From NCBI GenBank assembly GCA_965218435.1, contig CBDCKW010000009.1, forward strand, positions 3,520,001 through 3,584,000: 64,000 nt of DNA, given 5' to 3'. The notes under the pieces are model-generated. The model had not been told where the DNA came from and ran no database searches. It saw only the letters and a list, made by a program, of their open reading frames with translations. Position numbers and translations under genes: made by a program. Below, piece after piece: positions 1 to 11,369 of this stretch (position 1 is the stretch's first letter; each line of letters starts with the position of its first letter). Origin of the DNA: Truepera sp. (GTDB lineage Bacteria > Deinococcota > Deinococci > Deinococcales > Trueperaceae).

Positions 1-399
1 CATCGCTGGTGTGATTTTATGAACCGCTGCGTAAAGCTGTACAAGGCGTTCCCACGTTGCGTCTGTTTGCGGCGGGGCGGTCATAACCTGTCCTCCCAAC
101 CATTCCTGCACCACAACGGGGTAGTTGTACAGCTCTTGCTCGAGCCAGACCGGGGCCGGAGCTAACCGCAACTCGAGCTGCTGCAACGCCGTCAAAGCCA
201 AGAATTCGCGTTCTGCGCGGCCACGTTCGTCGCGGAGCGTAAGCTTTACCGCTACGTCCATGTCTCCGCTGGTGGCTCGGTAGATAAGGTTGTTGGCCCC
301 ACCGTTTACGGGTATGACGCGCCAGCTACCGAAGTCGTGAGGCTGAGGTCCGGCAGGAAGGTGCTCGACGAGTCTTTCAAGGCTGTTTCGCCCGGTCAT
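1..399 (-). CDS. Aminoglycoside phosphotransferase/kinase-like protein, N-terminal part, runs off the window edge
   Basis: Hand translation from ATG 399: MTGRNSLERL...VNGGANNLIYRATSGDMDVAVKL...RAEREFLALTAL...VVVQEWLGG, open to base 1. TACGGT -10 element 5 nt upstream. Confidence 0.65.
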   Translation of the reverse strand, partial: MTGRNSLERLVEHLPAGPQPHDFGSWRVIPVNGGANNLIYRATSGDMDVAVKLTLRDERGRAEREFLALTALQQLELRLAPAPVWLEQELYNYPVVVQEWLGGQVMTAPPQTDATWERLVQLYAAVHKITPAM

Positions 400-489
400 G
401 GGCTACCGTAACACGGTGCGTTTAACGCGCTGAGGCTGACTTTTAGAAGCGGCTCGAGCTTAACGGCAGGTTATAGACTGTAGTTGCTT

Positions 490-1080
490 ATGCGCCTGTT
501 TCACTTTAGCGATAATCTTGATATTGACATCTTTATCCCACGGCCCGTCCGCATTTCAGTAGAACGACCCTCGGGTATGGCGTGGCTGAACGGCCCGCTC
601 GTCTGGGCCATAGACGAAAAGCATCAACCTATGTACCTGTTTCCTCGAGAGTGCCCACGCGTTTTGCTATGGACAACGCCTGAGACAACGACTGAAGATC
701 ATGACTATTGGTGGCAGGGAAGCAGGAGCAAAGTTCTCGCTTATACCGAAAAAGCGTGGCTGGGGCGTGTTCAGCGTGAGACCATTTACCGTTATGAGAT
801 GCCGAGTTTGACCTTTGAAGACCTAGATGATGCGGGCATGTGGGTTTCTAAAGTCGCGGTAAAACCTAGCCGACTCGAGGCGCTTTCAAATTTACCGAAA
901 GAACATCAAGCTTATGACGTCGAACTCCGAGTTTTAGAAAATCTCCTACCCCTTAAAGGAGTATGGAACAGCTCACTTCACGCTAGCGGTATCAGGCTGC
1001 GTAACGCACAGCGTTGGGGCGAGCCCGGCTGGACGCATTCCAAAAAAGGTAGAGTTATCCCCGTTACAAAACTCGACTAA
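490..1080 (+). CDS. Conserved hypothetical protein (DUF6886-like)
   Basis: MRLFHFSD..IFIPRP..LVWAIDE..YLFPRECPR motifs. ATG 490 preferred to TTG 484. Confidence 0.6.
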   Translation: MRLFHFSDNLDIDIFIPRPVRISVERPSGMAWLNGPLVWAIDEKHQPMYLFPRECPRVLLWTTPETTTEDHDYWWQGSRSKVLAYTEKAWLGRVQRETIYRYEMPSLTFEDLDDAGMWVSKVAVKPSRLEALSNLPKEHQAYDVELRVLENLLPLKGVWNSSLHASGIRLRNAQRWGEPGWTHSKKGRVIPVTKLD

Positions 1081-1211
1081 AAACTTTTTTGAGAAACATC
1101 TAACCCTTTAAGGACCGAAAAGTATAGCTGTTTGTGAAGCTGTCTTTTGCGTGCAAATTTTGAACATCTATTCGGGTAAACTGTTACTAGACGCCCGGAG
1201 GGGCTATTTTT

Positions 1212-4200
1212 ATGTCGCAAACGCTTATCCAGACAACCTCAAAACGACTGCTCGGCCTGCCTGCAGTCGTGCGGCTGATGCTTTTTACGCGGCAGAGCGG
1301 CCCGGCGGTGCTGATTACGACCGCTGAGCGGCTCGAGCTGTTTTCTCAGAGCGGTGTTTTTGGGGAGCCCTCGAGCCTCAACCCAAACTTAAGCGATTGG
1401 CCCAACAAGCGTGACAAAGTTGTCCTCGACCTAAATAACGCCCTAAAGCCGTTTCCCGTCAATCCCGAACGTTACGCGCTCACGCTGACGCTGGGCCAAG
1501 ACTACCCGCGCGAGGCGCTCTTGGCGCAACTCGTGAGCTTCGGTTACTTGCGCGATGAACTGCCGGGGTTTGTGGTGCGCGGCGATACGGTAACGCTTTA
1601 CCTGAACGCTGACGAAGAGAAAGCCTTACGGCTCGAGTTTTTCGGCGATGAACTCGATACCTTAACCTTTTCCGGTCAGGCGGTGCAAAGCTATACGTTA
1701 GCCCCGCGTGAAGATGCCGAACTAGACGATACTGAAGCTGCTTGGACGAGCCATCTCTTAGAGCACCTTCCCGGCCCGGTCTTTTTGGATTCGTCCGAAC
1801 TTTTTGCCGGTGAAATTAACTCGGGCGAACTGGGCTGGCTTTGGGAGCATTTAGCTGCGCGTGAAGTTGTCTCGTTTGGGCGCGACTCGCTCTCACTACC
1901 GGACGAAAAGAGCGGGCTCGAGCCTCTCGGTTACTACCGAGGTAAGCTGACGACCTTTGCTCGAGAGGCGAAGACGTGGCTCGAGGGTGGCTACAGCGTC
2001 ACCTTACTTTTGCGGTTTGAACGCACCGGGCGGTATCTGCAAGAAAAAGTTTTGGAAGGTGTCGAGACGACCTGGGCGAACCAAGTCACTGCGCGTCCGG
2101 GACAGTTGACGTTGGTCGCCGGGGCCGATACGCGCGGCGGTTACCGCGACGTAAAGGCCAAAGAGGTCGTCTTAACCGAAGACCTCTTGTACGGCTATCA
2201 GGGCTCGAGACCGGGCGGCGTCGGGTCGAAGAAGCTTTCCGGGCGGCGTGTGCAAGACACCGTGCAGCTTTCGGTCGGCGACTATTTGATTCACCCCGAC
2301 CACGGTATCGGGCGGTTTTTGGGACTCGAGCCGCGGCAAGTGTTAGGCGTGACCCGCGACTACCTCATCCTCAAATACGCGGGTGAGGGCAAACTCTACC
2401 TGCCGGTTGAGCAGCTGCCCCTGTTGCGCCGTCACCCCGGTACCACCGACGACCCGCCGCGCCTCAGCACGCTGGGTACGAACGAATGGGCGCGGGCGCG
2501 GGAGAAGGCTCGAGTCGGTGCCCAAGAACTCGCGCTCAAACTCATCCGCACCTACGCCGAGCGGCAGGTGCAAGCCGGGTTGCCCATGCCCGCCAACCCC
2601 GAGTGGGACGTGCTCATCGAAGAAAACTGCCCCTTTGTCCTGACGCCCGACCAGAAGGGTGCAGTTCAGGCGACTTGGCGCGATATGGCGAAAGATGTGC
2701 CGATGGACCGGCTGATTTCGGGCGACGTGGGTTTCGGCAAGACCGAAGTGGCGATTCGGGCGGCGCACCGGGCGGTGGGTCACGGCAAACAGGTCGCCAT
2801 GCTCGTCCCGACGACGGTTTTGGCCTCACAACACTTTGAGACGTATCAGGAGCGGTTTGCGGGGCTTCCGGTGAGGCTCGAGCTCCTCTCCCGCTTCTCC
2901 TCGGACCGCGAGGCGCGTGACATTATCAAAGGGCTTAAAGACGGCACGGTAGACATTGTCATCGGCACGCACCGCCTCTTGTCCGAAGAGATTAAATTCA
3001 AGGATTTGGGCCTGTTGATCGTAGACGAAGAACACCGTTTCGGGGTTGGACAAAAAGAGCGGATGAAGGGACTGAAAGCGAATTTAGATGTGTTGTCGCT
3101 CTCCGCCACACCGATTCCCCGGACGCTTTACATGAGTTTGGTAGGGCTCCGCGACGTATCGCAGATTATGACGCCCCCGGCAGGCCGTCAACCGATTCAG
3201 ACGGTGCTCCAGCCCTTTGACCCGATGGTCGCGCGTGAGGCGATTATGTTTGAGCTCGAGCGCGGCGGCAAAACCTTTTATATCCACGACCGTGTGGGCT
3301 CGATGGGTTCAAAGGCGTTATGGCTGCAAAAACTCGTTCCCGAAGCGCGTATCGGCGTGGCGCACGGGCAGATGGGCGGCGACGAGTTAGAAGAGGTGAT
3401 GCTCAACTTTACCGAGGGCGCGTATGACATTTTGCTGGCCACCACTATCGTCGAATCGGGTCTTGACGTCGCCGGTGCCAATACGCTGGTCATCGAACGC
3501 GCCGACAAACTCGGGTTGGCGCAGCTTTATCAGCTTCGGGGCCGCGTCGGAAGGCGCACCACCGAAGCGTGGGCGTACCTGCTCTATCCGGGCCGCTTGA
3601 CCGAGCAGGCGCAGCGGCGGCTTTACGCTATAGCTGAACTCAACGACTTAGGCAGCGGGCATCTCTTGGCCGAGAAAGACATGGAGATTCGCGGCGTCGG
3701 CAACCTCTTGGGCCCGGAGCAGCACGGCAATATCAGCGCGGTGTCGCTCGAGGTTTATACCGAAATGCTCGCTGAAGAGATCGCCAAACTCAAAGGTGAA
3801 GCGGCGACTGAAGCGCGTAAAGCCGTGGCTATTGACCTGAGTTTAGACGCACGCCTCAGTCCGACCTATATCGCCGATGACGACGCCCGCATCGCCTACT
3901 ACGGCCGCCTGTCTGAAACGGACAGCTTGGCTGAGGTAGCGCGGGTACAGCGCGAACTGCGTGAACGCTACGGGCCGCTGCCGCCTGAAGTCAAGGTCTT
4001 TACCGAACTCGTTAAACTGCGCCTTTTGGCGGCCCAAAAAGGTGTAGCGATGATTTCTGAACATATGACCGATGTGCAGATTGCGTTTGCGGGCGAAAGT
4101 TTAGATTACGACGCCCGTAAACTTAAGAGCTTACCTTTTACGGCCGAAGCGACGCGTTATCCGCCCGGTTTTAGCATCAAAAAGCGCGGGATTAAAGGTG

Positions 4201-4247
4201 ACGCGCTCTTAAACGCTATCACTGACGTTCTCTACCTCTGCGGTTAA
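1212..4247 (+). CDS. mfd: Transcription-repair coupling factor
   Basis: CarD-like domain (HPDHGIGRF), [29 protein letters not shown] and TRCF C-terminus. GGAGGG RBS. Confidence 0.97.
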   Translation: MSQTLIQTTSKRLLGLPAVVRLMLFTRQSGPAVLITTAERLELFSQSGVFGEPSSLNPNLSDWPNKRDKVVLDLNNALKPFPVNPERYALTLTLGQDYPREALLAQLVSFGYLRDELPGFVVRGDTVTLYLNADEEKALRLEFFGDELDTLTFSGQAVQSYTLAPREDAELDDTEAAWTSHLLEHLPGPVFLDSSELFAGEINSGELGWLWEHLAAREVVSFGRDSLSLPDEKSGLEPLGYYRGKLTTFAREAKTWLEGGYSVTLLLRFERTGRYLQEKVLEGVETTWANQVTARPGQLTLVAGADTRGGYRDVKAKEVVLTEDLLYGYQGSRPGGVGSKKLSGRRVQDTVQLSVGDYLIHPDHGIGRFLGLEPRQVLGVTRDYLILKYAGEGKLYLPVEQLPLLRRHPGTTDDPPRLSTLGTNEWARAREKARVGAQELALKLIRTYAERQVQAGLPMPANPEWDVLIEENCPFVLTPDQKGAVQATWRDMAKDVPMDRLISGDVGFGKTEVAIRAAHRAVGHGKQVAMLVPTTVLASQHFETYQERFAGLPVRLELLSRFSSDREARDIIKGLKDGTVDIVIGTHRLLSEEIKFKDLGLLIVDEEHRFGVGQKERMKGLKANLDVLSLSATPIPRTLYMSLVGLRDVSQIMTPPAGRQPIQTVLQPFDPMVAREAIMFELERGGKTFYIHDRVGSMGSKALWLQKLVPEARIGVAHGQMGGDELEEVMLNFTEGAYDILLATTIVESGLDVAGANTLVIERADKLGLAQLYQLRGRVGRRTTEAWAYLLYPGRLTEQAQRRLYAIAELNDLGSGHLLAEKDMEIRGVGNLLGPEQHGNISAVSLEVYTEMLAEEIAKLKGEAATEARKAVAIDLSLDARLSPTYIADDDARIAYYGRLSETDSLAEVARVQRELRERYGPLPPEVKVFTELVKLRLLAAQKGVAMISEHMTDVQIAFAGESLDYDARKLKSLPFTAEATRYPPGFSIKKRGIKGDALLNAITDVLYLCG

Positions 4248-4261
4248 GAGCAAAATAAGAC

Positions 4262-4297
4262 ACAGGAAAGAGCGGCCCTAGGGCCGCTCTTTCCTGT
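4262..4297. terminator. Probable bidirectional terminator (perfect 36-bp palindrome)
   Basis: ACAGGAAAGAGCGGCCCT/AGGGCCGCTCTTTCCTGT between convergent genes. Confidence 0.8.
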
Positions 4298-4310
4298 AGC
4301 TAAACCTAGC

Positions 4311-4820
4311 TTAGAAGTGGTAGTTAAACCCGAGCACGCCGCGAGGCTGGAACGTGAAGGGTACGCTAACGCTCGTACCAAGTTCGGCGTAGAAGCCGAT
4401 CTCACGGTTGAAACGGTATTCGCCGCCGAGGAAGCCGGTAAGCCCAAAGCTGGGGCTTACGGGGAAAACCGTACCCAACTGGAGGCCGGGACCGCCGTAA
4501 AGCACGATGTTTTGGTCGAGCTGAGTAATGGTAAACAGCGCATCTACGTCTAAGCTGAGGCTGGTTGCGAGAAAGTTACCAGCAAAGCTAAAACGCAAGT
4601 CGGGCGTTGCGCCGAAAAGCTGCGCATTTTCAATCGTGTAGTGGACGCTGAGCGGAAAGGGAATCGAAGCGCCGACGTTTTGAGTTGTGTCGAAATTTAC
4701 ACCCTCTTGCGGCGCTATGGTTACCGAAACGCCATTCTTACTTGCGCTTGCGTCTGTTTGAGCAAAGGCGACGCCTGTTAAAAGAAGCGCACCTGCAACT
4801 GCAACCAATAATTTACGCAT
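4311..4820 (-). CDS. Small outer-membrane beta-barrel protein
   Basis: Signal peptide MRKLLVAVAGALLLTGVAFA, alternating hydrophobic strands (LYGGPGL, GGEYRF, FYAELG), C-terminal ...GFNYHF. GGAGG RBS before ATG 4820. Confidence 0.7.
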   Translation of the reverse strand: MRKLLVAVAGALLLTGVAFAQTDASASKNGVSVTIAPQEGVNFDTTQNVGASIPFPLSVHYTIENAQLFGATPDLRFSFAGNFLATSLSLDVDALFTITQLDQNIVLYGGPGLQLGTVFPVSPSFGLTGFLGGEYRFNREIGFYAELGTSVSVPFTFQPRGVLGFNYHF

Positions 4821-4977
4821 GTTCAACCTCCAAAAGTTGTGTGAGCACATCCCTGCTGCCGCTCACGTTCAAGCGGTTATATCACGGGTGTTCGTGGGGT
4901 AACAAGTAGGAGAGACTACAGCTTTTGTGTAAATAGCCCACAATCCTCTCCCGGATAGAGCACGTTTCGCCGCCATT

Positions 4978-5328
4978 TTAGCTGCTACCAGTCCGCTCGA
5001 GATACCGCTCTTGGCCGTTTCTAAGTTTTTGCGTCATGCGGTTACACGGTGGTAACGCCTCATATTTGCTCAGATAAGCGCGGAGGAGCGCCGCCTCTTC
5101 CGAACGCGGCACCCGGCTGTAACGGCTGCGCCAGTAGACTGCTTGCTCAGTAATACACGGGTTTTTTCCCAGATGCTGCCGGATACGGTTCGGCACGTCT
5201 TTGGCCGACTGACCGATGTAGATGACCTGTTTTTTGGCGTCGGCGAGTTCGTACACCCCCGGTTCGGCGTCGCGGCCACGTTTGGGCGGGAGCGCGTCTA
5301 ACTTTCGCCACCGTGCGCTAATCGGCAC
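4978..5328 (-). CDS. Stand-alone GIY-YIG nuclease domain protein
   Basis: PGVYEL...VIYIGQS...NRIRQH...EEAALL...PPCN. Confidence 0.7.
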   Translation of the reverse strand: MPISARWRKLDALPPKRGRDAEPGVYELADAKKQVIYIGQSAKDVPNRIRQHLGKNPCITEQAVYWRSRYSRVPRSEEAALLRAYLSKYEALPPCNRMTQKLRNGQERYLERTGSS

Positions 5329-5341
5329 TAGCTCTCACCGT

Positions 5342-5386
5342 CTCAGCTTTCACAACCTCAGTTTTCACAACCTCAGCTCTCGTAAC
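5342..5386. repeat. 15-bp tandem repeat (3 copies) derived from the era stop-codon region
   Basis: CTCAGCTTTCACAAC CTCAGTTTTCACAAC CTCAGCTCTCGTAAC. Confidence 0.8.
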
Positions 5387-6398
5387 CCAGTTCGCGCAAA
5401 GATTCGGGGTCTTCACGCCACTGTTTGTGAACGGACACCTCGAGGTCTAAATACACGCCCCGGCCTAGAAAAATCTCGAGCTGCTTTCTGGCCGTGCGCC
5501 CGATTTCGCGGATCATGCTGCCACCTTTGCCCAGCACAATCATCCGGTGGTTGGCACGTTCCACCCAGATTTCGGCCATGATGTAGATCAGGTCGTCCGA
5601 GGCTTCTTCCGGGTCGCGCCACTCTAAAACCTGTACGGCGACCGTGTACGGGAGTTCTTGACGCAAGTGCGTCATCGCGCTCTCGCGGATGATTTCACCC
5701 GCCCAGGTTTCACGCGATTGGTCGCTGCGGATGTTGTCCGGGAAAAAGAAAGGACCCGGTTCCAGTTCGCTTAAAAGTTCGCTGCGCAGACGGTAGACCG
5801 CTTCGGGGTCGCTTTGGGCGCTCAGGCTATAGCTACGGCTGACAGTCGGTACGAGGTCGCCGTAAAGCTCTAAAGCTTCGTCAGGATACTTGGCCGCGTC
5901 GAGCTTGTTGCCGACTAAATAGATACGCGTGTCGGGGTCTAAACCGCGCAGGAGCCGCGCGACGTCTTTGTCCTCATCTCCCGGGGGGCGGCGCAGATCA
6001 ACGAGCCATAAGATCACGTCAACGTCCACCACAGCGGCTCGTACCTCGCGGTTCATATACTCGCCGAGCGCATCTTTGGGTCGGTGAAACCCGGGTGTAT
6101 CTACAAAAACGAGCTGCCGGTCGTCCTCAGTAAAGATGCCGCGCACGCCGCGCCGGGTGGTTTGCGGCTTTGAAGTAATCGGCGCGACTTTAACACCTAA
6201 CAGCGTGTTCAGCAGCGTAGATTTGCCGACGTTGGGTTTACCTAAGATAGCGACGAAACCCGAGTAGGTGTCGCCCCCGATCTCTAACATTCCCGGTTCT
6301 AAAGGTTCTGGTGCGGTCGTTTCCAGCTCTGAAGTTATAGGTTCTGAGGTTATAGGTTCTGGAACTATGGGTGAGGTGGTCTCTGAGGGTTCAGACAT
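5373..6398 (-). CDS. era: GTPase Era
   Basis: GKPNVGKS, PQTTR, DTPG, NKLD and C-terminal KH domain (GKGGSMIREIG). Low-complexity N-terminal extension. Confidence 0.96.
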   Translation of the reverse strand: MSEPSETTSPIVPEPITSEPITSELETTAPEPLEPGMLEIGGDTYSGFVAILGKPNVGKSTLLNTLLGVKVAPITSKPQTTRRGVRGIFTEDDRQLVFVDTPGFHRPKDALGEYMNREVRAAVVDVDVILWLVDLRRPPGDEDKDVARLLRGLDPDTRIYLVGNKLDAAKYPDEALELYGDLVPTVSRSYSLSAQSDPEAVYRLRSELLSELEPGPFFFPDNIRSDQSRETWAGEIIRESAMTHLRQELPYTVAVQVLEWRDPEEASDDLIYIMAEIWVERANHRMIVLGKGGSMIREIGRTARKQLEIFLGRGVYLDLEVSVHKQWREDPESLRELGYES

Positions 6399-6553
6399 GT
6401 CGTACTCCTTTATCTTTGCTAACGCTGTCCTAAGGCGAGAAGCTCTAAGGCTGAGGTAGTATAGCGCCTCGAGCCCTCACCTTCCGCAGCTCAAAGCGCG
6501 TCAATCTGTCTTTTACAGACGCTTTTTCACCTGCACGTTCGTTGGTTACGCTT

Positions 6554-6602
6554 TGCAAAACTTCACAAAAGGGTGTGCAAAAACGCTGAACTATGCTAAC
6601 TT
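6554..6602 (+). promoter_or_regulatory. Candidate promoter/operator of the rhamnose operon
   Basis: TGCAAAA/CACAAAA/TGCAAAA repeats at 10-12 bp spacing, then TANNNT candidates (TATGCT, TAACTT) just before GTG 6609. Confidence 0.45.
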
Positions 6603-6608
6603 TAGAGC

Positions 6609-7412
6609 GTGACCCTAGGCGATACAGGTAATACGTCAGGCAGCACGTTGGTGCCTGCTGAGCGTCATCAGCATATTTTGCGGTTGGCACTCGGTGAGCG
6701 GATCGTCCGGATCAAAGACCTCGCGCGGAACTTGGGCGTCCACGAGATGACGATTCGCCGCGACCTCGATACACTCGCCGATCAAGGGTTACTCCAGCGG
6801 GTTCACGGCGGCGCACGCCTGACGCAGCAAGCGGGCGCAGAGGTGGCCTACACGATGCGGGCAACGCAGCAACTCGGGGCCAAGGCGCGGATCGCGCAGG
6901 CTGCGCTCTCGCTGCTTCAAGAGGGCGACACGGTAGGGTTTGACGCGAGTACGACGGCGCTCGCGCTCGCGCAGCGGCTCGGCCGGGTACAGATTCAGGC
7001 GGTCGTTACCGGGCTCGACGTTGCCAACGCGCTGGCCGCGGCCAAAGTCCCCTTTACGCTGATCGGCGGCACCTTTCACGAACGGGCGCACTCGTTTGTC
7101 GGCAATATGGTGACGCAGGGCCTGTCGCGGCTGCACCTCGATACGGTGTTCTTTTCGGCCAAAGGACTCTCTGTCCAAGCCGGTTTTACCGACGCGCACT
7201 TACCTGAAGTTGAGGTTAAAGAGCGGCTCATTGCGACGGGCCGGGTGGTGGTGGCGCTCTTAGACAGCTCAAAGGTGGGGCTCGAGGCGTTTAGCCAAAT
7301 CGTCGGCCTAGAGCAAGTTGACGTGCTGATCACCGACACGCGGCCCTCACCAGCACTGCAAGAGGCGCTCGCCGCCGCTGACGTTCGGCTGATCGTCGCG
7401 GAGGAGGACTGA
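6609..7412 (+). CDS. DeoR/GlpR-family transcriptional regulator (probable rhamnose regulator)
   Basis: [16 protein letters not shown]...RVHGGA and DASTT sensor motif. First gene of the operon. Confidence 0.9.
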   Translation: MTLGDTGNTSGSTLVPAERHQHILRLALGERIVRIKDLARNLGVHEMTIRRDLDTLADQGLLQRVHGGARLTQQAGAEVAYTMRATQQLGAKARIAQAALSLLQEGDTVGFDASTTALALAQRLGRVQIQAVVTGLDVANALAAAKVPFTLIGGTFHERAHSFVGNMVTQGLSRLHLDTVFFSAKGLSVQAGFTDAHLPEVEVKERLIATGRVVVALLDSSKVGLEAFSQIVGLEQVDVLITDTRPSPALQEALAAADVRLIVAEED

Positions 7413-8581
7413 TGGAGCAGGCCATGCTGGAGGCGCTGCGGGCGCAAGCCATCGAAACGCCGTCGTGGGGCTATGGTGACACAGGCACGCGGTTTAAGAC
7501 GTTTGCTTATCCCGGTGCAGCCCGGAACGTGTGGGAAAAAGTGGCGGACGCTGCCGTGATTCATAAGCTTACCGGTATCGCCCCGCGTGTCGCACTGCAT
7601 ATCCCCTGGGACAAAGTAGACGACTGGGCCGAACTCAAGGCGTTTGCTGAGGGTTTGGGTATCGGTATTGGCGCAATCAACCCAAACGTCTTTCAAGACG
7701 AAGCTTACAAACTTGGCTCACTTGGGCACCCTGACTTGACGGTGCAGCGCAAAGCTATCGCGCACCTGCTCGACTGCTGCGACGTGATGCGTGAGACTGG
7801 CGCGAAAGACCTCTCTCTGTGGTTCGCCGACGGTACCAACTACGCCGGACAAGATAGTCTGAGAATGCGCAAAGCACGTTTTGAATACGGTCTAGCCGAG
7901 GTTTACTCTTGGCTACCAGAGGGAGGCCGGCTGCTCTTAGAGTACAAACCCTTTGAACCGGCCTTTTACGCCACCGACGTTGCCGATTGGGGGATGGCTT
8001 ACGCGCACTGCCTCAAACTCGGACCAAGGGCTCAAGTCTTAGTAGATTTAGGCCATCATCTTCAGGGCACCAACATCGAGCAGATCGTGGCATTTTTACT
8101 CTCCGAAGAAAAGCTCGGCGGGTTTCATTTCAATAGCCGCCGCTACGCCGACGACGACCTCATCGCCGGTACCAAAGACCCCTTTGAGCTGTTCTGTATC
8201 TACACCGAACTTGTGGGGGCCAAACGGGGTGGTCTGCCGGGGGTTGACAACGTCGCCTATATGATTGACCAGAGTCATAACATCGAACCCAAATTAGAGG
8301 CCATGCTTTTATCCGTCCTGAACTGCCAAGAAGCGTATGCCAAAGCACTCCAGCTAGACTTTACGGCGCTCGCGGAGGCGCAAACTGCGGGCGACGTGTT
8401 AGGTGCGCACGAGATTTTGATGGACGCATTTAGAACCGACGTGCGGCCCCTACTGCGTGAGTTCCGCGAGACGTTAGGCATAGACCCTGACCCGCTGCAA
8501 GCCTTAAAGCAAGGCGGTTACGCTGAGAAAAATGCTGCCGAGCGCGGCACCGCGACCGGGGGCGGCGGTTATCCGAGCTGA
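7412..8581 (+). CDS. rhaI: L-rhamnose isomerase (RhaI type)
   Basis: [54 protein letters not shown]. Confidence 0.9.
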   Translation: MEQAMLEALRAQAIETPSWGYGDTGTRFKTFAYPGAARNVWEKVADAAVIHKLTGIAPRVALHIPWDKVDDWAELKAFAEGLGIGIGAINPNVFQDEAYKLGSLGHPDLTVQRKAIAHLLDCCDVMRETGAKDLSLWFADGTNYAGQDSLRMRKARFEYGLAEVYSWLPEGGRLLLEYKPFEPAFYATDVADWGMAYAHCLKLGPRAQVLVDLGHHLQGTNIEQIVAFLLSEEKLGGFHFNSRRYADDDLIAGTKDPFELFCIYTELVGAKRGGLPGVDNVAYMIDQSHNIEPKLEAMLLSVLNCQEAYAKALQLDFTALAEAQTAGDVLGAHEILMDAFRTDVRPLLREFRETLGIDPDPLQALKQGGYAEKNAAERGTATGGGGYPS

Positions 8582-9324
8582 TGCGCGTCTCGCTGTTTAT
8601 TACCTGCTATACCGATACGCTCTTTCCTGAAACCGGCCGAGCCGTCGTTGAAGTCTTGGAACGCCTCGGTCACATCGTTGACTTTCCCGAAGCGCAGACG
8701 TGTTGCGGGCAGATGCACGTCAATACCGGCTATCAACAAGAGGTGGTGCCGCTGGTTCGGCACTTTGCCGAGACGTTCCGGGACGCTGAGGTCATCGTCT
8801 CGCCGTCGGCGTCTTGTGTAGGCTTGGTTCGTGAGCTTTATCCAACCTTAGCGCGGCGTACTGGAGATGATGCCCTCGTCGCCGAAGTTGAGGCACTTTC
8901 TAAAAAAGTCTTTGAGTTCTCCGAATTCTTGGTCAAAGAATTGGGTATTTCAGATGTCGGCGCGTACTACCCGCACCGCGTGACGTACCATCCGACGTGT
9001 CACAGCTTGCGGGGGCTTAAAGTTGGCGACGCGCCGATTAAGTTGCTCGAGCAGGTGAGGGGGCTCGAGCTCATCCCGTTAGAAAATGCCGCCGAGTGCT
9101 GCGGGTTCGGCGGCACCTTTGCGATTAAAAATGCCGACACCAGCACCGCGATGCTCTCGGACAAGGTGCGCTGCATCTTAAACGGGAAAGCCGAAGTCTG
9201 CGCCGCCGCCGACAACTCGTGTTTGCTGCATATCGGCGGGGCGCTCCACCGGGGGCGCACGGGTGTCCGAACGGTTCACCTCGCGGAGATTTTGGCCTCG
9301 ACTGAAGGGGACACAGGTGTCTAA
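8581..9324 (+). CDS. lutA: L-lactate utilization Fe-S protein LutA
   Basis: LFITC..D, QTCCGQ, YHPTCH, ECCGFGGTF (two CCG domains). Confidence 0.92.
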   Translation: MRVSLFITCYTDTLFPETGRAVVEVLERLGHIVDFPEAQTCCGQMHVNTGYQQEVVPLVRHFAETFRDAEVIVSPSASCVGLVRELYPTLARRTGDDALVAEVEALSKKVFEFSEFLVKELGISDVGAYYPHRVTYHPTCHSLRGLKVGDAPIKLLEQVRGLELIPLENAAECCGFGGTFAIKNADTSTAMLSDKVRCILNGKAEVCAAADNSCLLHIGGALHRGRTGVRTVHLAEILASTEGDTGV

Positions 9325-10747
9325 AGCTGTTGCACTACCCATGCGGTTTGAACAGGCGGCAAAACGCACGCTCGCCGACACACAGTTACGCCGCAACTTA
9401 GGTAAGGCAACCACAACCATCCGGGAAAAACGGGCGGCAGTCGTGTCTGAACTGCCCGATTGGGAGGCGCTTCGGGACGCGGGCGCTAAGGTTAAAGCGC
9501 AGGTCATGGCAAACTTGGACGGGTATTTGGAGGGGCTCGAGGCCGCCGTGACTAGGGCCGGGGGACACGTTCATTGGGCCAGAGACGCCGCCGAAGCGAA
9601 TCAGCTTATTACGAAGCTCGTTAAACAGCACGGCGCAAGTGAAGTGATCAAAGTTAAATCTATGACCACGGACGAAATCGGCTTAAATGATGCACTTGCC
9701 GAGGTTGGCGTACAGGCCATCGAAACCGATTTAGCCGAACTGATTATTCAACTCGCCGGTGAAACTTCGTCTCACATTTTGGTGCCCGCGATTCATAAAA
9801 ACCGTGCTGAAATCCGTGAACTCTTTATGCGGACCTTGAAGCTGCCGGAGTTGTCTGATGAACCCGCAGCTTTAGCAGGAGCGGCGCGGCGCTATTTGCG
9901 AGAAAAGTTTTTAAGCGTTCCAGTCGGGATCAGTGGGGCGAACTTTGCGGTAGCCGAAACCGGCACCGTCGGCGTGGTCGAGTCCGAGGGCAACGGGCGG
10001 ATGTGCCTCACGCTGCCTAAAGTGCTTATTTCAGTCATGGGCATCGAAAAAATCCTTCCGACGTGGCGTAACCTCGAGGTCTTTTTACAGCTCTTACCGC
10101 GCTCGTCAACCGGTGAGCGGATGAACCCATATACCTCGTTTTGGACAGGCGTCACACCGGGCGACGGGCCGCAAGAGTTCCACCTCGTCTTGCTCGACAA
10201 CGGGCGCACGGAAGTGCTGGCCGATGAGGTCGGGCGTGCGGCGCTGCACTGTATCCGCTGCAGCGCGTGCTTAAACGTCTGCCCGGTGTATGAGCGGGCG
10301 GGCGGTCACGCGTACGGGTCGGTCTATCCGGGGCCGATCGGGGCGATTCTGACGCCGCAACTTAAAGGCGTCCAGAACGCGTCATCGCTGCCCTTCGCGT
10401 CGTCATTGTGCGGGGCATGTTATGAAGTCTGCCCGGTCAAGATTGATATTCCCAACATCCTAGTTCACTTACGAGCCGAGGTTGTGGAGCAAAAGGCTGA
10501 GAAACCTTTGAACAAGCTCGAGCCCGAACGCCTTGCAATGACGGCGGCGGCTCACGTCTTCGCTGTCCCAAGCCGTTACGAACGGGCGCAACGGTTGGCA
10601 CGGACGGCGCAGGGGCCGTTTGTCCGGCGGGGATTTTTGGAGCGTCTACCGGGGCCGCTCGCAGGTTGGTCACTGGCGAGAGACCTTAAAGCTGTCCCGA
10701 AAGAGCCCTTTAGAGACTGGTGGCGGAAAAGGCAACGCAGTGAGTAA
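9317..10747 (+). CDS. lutB: L-lactate utilization Fe-S protein LutB
   Basis: ETDLAELI, CIRCSACLNVCPV, SSLCGACYEVCPV. GTG 9317 overlaps the lutA end. Confidence 0.93.
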   Translation: MSKAVALPMRFEQAAKRTLADTQLRRNLGKATTTIREKRAAVVSELPDWEALRDAGAKVKAQVMANLDGYLEGLEAAVTRAGGHVHWARDAAEANQLITKLVKQHGASEVIKVKSMTTDEIGLNDALAEVGVQAIETDLAELIIQLAGETSSHILVPAIHKNRAEIRELFMRTLKLPELSDEPAALAGAARRYLREKFLSVPVGISGANFAVAETGTVGVVESEGNGRMCLTLPKVLISVMGIEKILPTWRNLEVFLQLLPRSSTGERMNPYTSFWTGVTPGDGPQEFHLVLLDNGRTEVLADEVGRAALHCIRCSACLNVCPVYERAGGHAYGSVYPGPIGAILTPQLKGVQNASSLPFASSLCGACYEVCPVKIDIPNILVHLRAEVVEQKAEKPLNKLEPERLAMTAAAHVFAVPSRYERAQRLARTAQGPFVRRGFLERLPGPLAGWSLARDLKAVPKEPFRDWWRKRQRSE

Positions 10748-11369
10748 TGCCAAAACAGAGATTTTAAGCCGGATACGGGGCGCTTTGGGTGAAACTCGAA
10801 GTGAGGTTGAGGTGTCTCGAGCCTACCTCCACACCTCAGACTTATCTCAAACCGAACTGCTTAAAGCGTTCGCTGAGCGTGTGACCGAGTACCGTGCGTC
10901 GGTCTACCGGACGACTGAGGTTGAACTGAGAAAAAAAGTGTCGGAGGTTTGCCGCTTGCACAAAGCAAAAACGCTCGTTATTCCCTCCGACTTACCAGAA
11001 ACCTGGCTTCCTAACGAGGTGCAGTTTATCCGTGACGGCGAACTGACCAACGCCGAGCTGAGCGCCGCCGACGGCGTGTTGAGCGGGTGCGCATTGGCCG
11101 TGGCGCAGACAGGCACCCTCGTTTTAGACGGCGGCATGTACCAGGGGCGGCGGGCACTTACCCTGCTCCCTGACCTACATCTTTGTGTCGTCTTTGCACG
11201 GCAGGTCGTCGGGACGATTCCCGAGGCGGTTACGGCGCTGCAAAAGGTGGCAATACGCCCTTTGACTTTGATTTCGGGGCCGTCAGCCACGTCGGACATT
11301 GAACTAAACCGGGTCGAGGGCGTTCACGGTCCCCGCACGCTTAATGTTTTGCTCGTAGAGGAGTCTTAA
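10740..11369 (+). CDS. lutC: L-lactate utilization protein LutC (LUD domain)
   Basis: GRRALTLLPDLH, ISGPSATSDIE, GVHGPR. GTG 10740. Confidence 0.92.
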   Translation: MSNAKTEILSRIRGALGETRSEVEVSRAYLHTSDLSQTELLKAFAERVTEYRASVYRTTEVELRKKVSEVCRLHKAKTLVIPSDLPETWLPNEVQFIRDGELTNAELSAADGVLSGCALAVAQTGTLVLDGGMYQGRRALTLLPDLHLCVVFARQVVGTIPEAVTALQKVAIRPLTLISGPSATSDIELNRVEGVHGPRTLNVLLVEES

